From: Chloroflexia bacterium
Lineage (GTDB): Bacteria > Chloroflexota > Chloroflexia > QHBQ01 > JADMIH01
DNA length: 45,864 nucleotides
Direction of reading: 5' to 3'
Assembly: GCA_045805005.1 (NCBI GenBank)
Contig: JBJMMB010000531.1
Span: forward strand, 1-45,864
Part shown: positions 43,861 to 45,864 of the stretch, piece by piece
Layout of the letters: each line of letters starts with the position of its first letter
Numbering within the stretch: position 1 is the first letter of the stretch
Translations under genes and position numbers: made by a program
Notes under the pieces: generated by a model
Seen by the model: the letters and a program-made list of their open reading frames with translations, nothing else
Database searches by the model: none
Told to the model about the DNA's origin: nothing

Positions 43861-44976
43861 ATGTCTCACCCCAATCCCGGTATAATAGTCATAGGCGGCT
43901 CGGCCGGCAGCATCGAGGTGCTTGGGCGGGTGCTTGCCGACTTGCCCTCCGATCTACAAGCGCCGGTCTTTGTGGTTGTTCATCTCTCGCCCACCGGCAA
44001 CAGCAAGCTCCCGGAGGTGCTCGGCCGGCACAGCAGTCTGCCCGTGGCCTTCGCTCGGCATGGCGAGCGTATAAGACCCGGCAGGGTCTATTTGGCCCCA
44101 CCGGATATGCACTTGATAGTGCGGGAAGACTGCGTCGAGCTGTCGCACGGCCCACGCGAGAACCACACTCGCCCCGCCATCGACCCTACTTTCCGCACCG
44201 CGGCCTTTGCGCACGGCGAGCAGGTGATCGGCGTGGTACTATCCGGGGGTCTGGACGACGGGAGCGTCGGCGCGACCATAATCAAGGCCAGCGGCGGGAT
44301 AACAGTGGTGCAGGACCCGGAGGAGGCTCTATACGATAGCATGCCCAGGTCGGCGCTCAGGTATATGGAGGGCGCGGACCACATTGTTCAGGCAGCGAAG
44401 ATGGGCTCGCTCCTGGGCAGGCTGGCCCGCGAGGCAAGCGCCCGCAATGGGGCTGAAGAGACAGGCGGTACAATCGACCAAGGAGAGCAGCAGATGGAGG
44501 AATTGTACGCTAATCAGGAGCAGTCCGAATCCCCGGTCATCCAGCGTGATATGGAGAGCCAGGCGGAGAACCGACGCGCCAACTCCATCACGATTTTTAC
44601 TTGTCCGGATTGCGGAGGTACGCTCTGGCAGTTGGAGCTGGGCAACCTGGTCCGCTTCCAATGCCACGTCGGCCACGCCTGGTCGCCCGAGGTGGTGCTC
44701 GCTCAGAAGTCGGAGCAAGTCGAGGCCACCCTTTGGGCCGCCGCTCGCCTACTAACCGAGAAAGCGATCATGACCCGGCAGTTCGCCAGGCAGGTTCAGC
44801 AGAATGGAGATAGTGAGGGAGCGCAACGCATCACCGAGCAGGCCGACCTTGACGACGAGCACCTGCGCATCCTCAAGGAACAACTGCTCGAGGCCACCCC
44901 CAACCCCTCCTCCCAGGCGGCCATCATAAGCGAGGTCCTCGACCGCCAGTATCAGAAGGACATGCCGAGCGGCTAA
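43861..44976 (+). CDS. Stand-alone CheB-like methylesterase (no receiver domain) with a C-terminal CPxCGG..CHVGH domain
   Basis: AGGAGG before ATG 43861; IGGSAG, VVVHL, RPAIDPTF, LSGGLDDG, VQDPEEA, SMP. Confidence 0.92.
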   Translation: MSHPNPGIIVIGGSAGSIEVLGRVLADLPSDLQAPVFVVVHLSPTGNSKLPEVLGRHSSLPVAFARHGERIRPGRVYLAPPDMHLIVREDCVELSHGPRENHTRPAIDPTFRTAAFAHGEQVIGVVLSGGLDDGSVGATIIKASGGITVVQDPEEALYDSMPRSALRYMEGADHIVQAAKMGSLLGRLAREASARNGAEETGGTIDQGEQQMEELYANQEQSESPVIQRDMESQAENRRANSITIFTCPDCGGTLWQLELGNLVRFQCHVGHAWSPEVVLAQKSEQVEATLWAAARLLTEKAIMTRQFARQVQQNGDSEGAQRITEQADLDDEHLRILKEQLLEATPNPSSQAAIISEVLDRQYQKDMPSG

Positions 44977-45134
44977 CTCCGTCGTTCCCTCCTGAACTCC
45001 GCGCTCTCTGTGCCTCTGCGATGAAGTAGTTTTCACCACTATTGCGCTCCGCAACCTCGGGAGCCAAGAAAGAGTATTGCCTACACACGGTCAATATGCT
45101 AATCTTGGGTAACGCGCTTCCCCGGAGAGAGGCA

Positions 45135-45864
45135 ATGGCCGTAAACCGCGATACCTTGTGGAACAGTCTACTTAGGTTATGTTCTGCCATAGTCGCCCTG
45201 TTCCTCATGCAGTTCATTTTCGGTTCCTCCGGCCAGTTCTGCTTCTATTGCCTCGTGCCACTTGCTCTGCCGGTCCTTCTCCTGTCGCCCATTGTGCCGG
45301 ATACCACCAGGCTCGTTCCGCAAATCTTTCTGGGATTGTGGCTCGCTTTGTTCCTTCGATCCGGGCTCGACCCGCTTTTTCACTATGACTATCCACTAGA
45401 CTACGTGCCCTGGGCATGGTTCGTCCTCTACAGTCTGATCATCAGTCTGCCGCTTCTTGTGGTCATGTCCACAACCATCGCGTCCCTTGGGCTGATCAGG
45501 CTTACTATCTGTGCCGGGTTCGTTTTGGTTCTTACGTATGATGTGCTCAACCTCGTTTATGGGCTTCAGTGGCACGCAATGGAAGGTAGCTTCAATCTGG
45601 GCAATTGGGATGTGGTGGGTTTCGATTATAAGTGGAGTGACTATCTCCTTTACTGGCTAGGGCGTGCCGACTGGATTAGCTTTCGGCTGATTATTTATCT
45701 CGGCCTTGGCTACCTCCTAGCCAAGTGGAAGGGGTTTTTCCCCGGCATTGCCATCTGTCTACTAGTTGCCCTCGCGGACAGCGTGCTCACCTGGCTGGTG
45801 TTTCTAGTTGGTGAGGGCAAGTTTCAGATCCCATATTATGTATTCCACCTATACTACGACGAGA
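45135..45864 (+). CDS. Polytopic membrane protein of unknown function, truncated by the window edge (>243 aa)
   Basis: Not in the ORF track. GAGAGG RBS and ATG 45135, open to the window end: MAVNRDTLWNSLLRLCSAIVALFLMQFIF...; about 6-7 hydrophobic segments. Promoter TTGCCT-17-TAATCT at 45077-45105. Confidence 0.8.
   Translation, partial: MAVNRDTLWNSLLRLCSAIVALFLMQFIFGSSGQFCFYCLVPLALPVLLLSPIVPDTTRLVPQIFLGLWLALFLRSGLDPLFHYDYPLDYVPWAWFVLYSLIISLPLLVVMSTTIASLGLIRLTICAGFVLVLTYDVLNLVYGLQWHAMEGSFNLGNWDVVGFDYKWSDYLLYWLGRADWISFRLIIYLGLGYLLAKWKGFFPGIAICLLVALADSVLTWLVFLVGEGKFQIPYYVFHLYYDE

Overview
GC-rich bacterial chromosomal window with no rRNA, tRNA, CRISPR array or transposase. The signature domains (Thr/Pro-linked SLH proteins with CGGPGEPC loops, 'QYFER' repeats) point to Chloroflexota; this is inference. 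1-13 kb is a cluster of large secreted modular surface proteins: three SLH proteins (the first runs off the left edge and is missing from the ORF track) and one QYFER-repeat protein. 13-20 kb holds small enzymes (SAM methyltransferase, tandem GNAT, DHFR/RibD-like, VOC, DUF72), a 7-repeat beta-propeller and a subtilase with a dockerin-like tail. 20.6-28.7 kb has two convergent STAND NTPases (AfsR/BTAD type and adenylate-cyclase type) flanking a rhodanese and a 73-aa protein. The rest is an ABC1/UbiB kinase, surE, a signal-peptide-less GH25 lysozyme plus CHAP amidase operon, cysS, a SWIM-SNF2 helicase interrupted by an Ala-start class 3 LAGLIDADG intein, an NHL-like secreted protein, a stand-alone CheB-like methylesterase and a low-GC membrane protein running off the right edge. 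The most unusual layer is non-coding. Heptamer tandem/inverted arrays sit directly 5' of ribosome-binding sites and also in frame inside protein loops. There are also GTAG-type REPINs, a ~60-bp tandem repeat family, an 11-bp-periodic SARP-type operator and a structured surE leader with a coupled uORF. All calls come from reading motifs by eye; no database searches were run.
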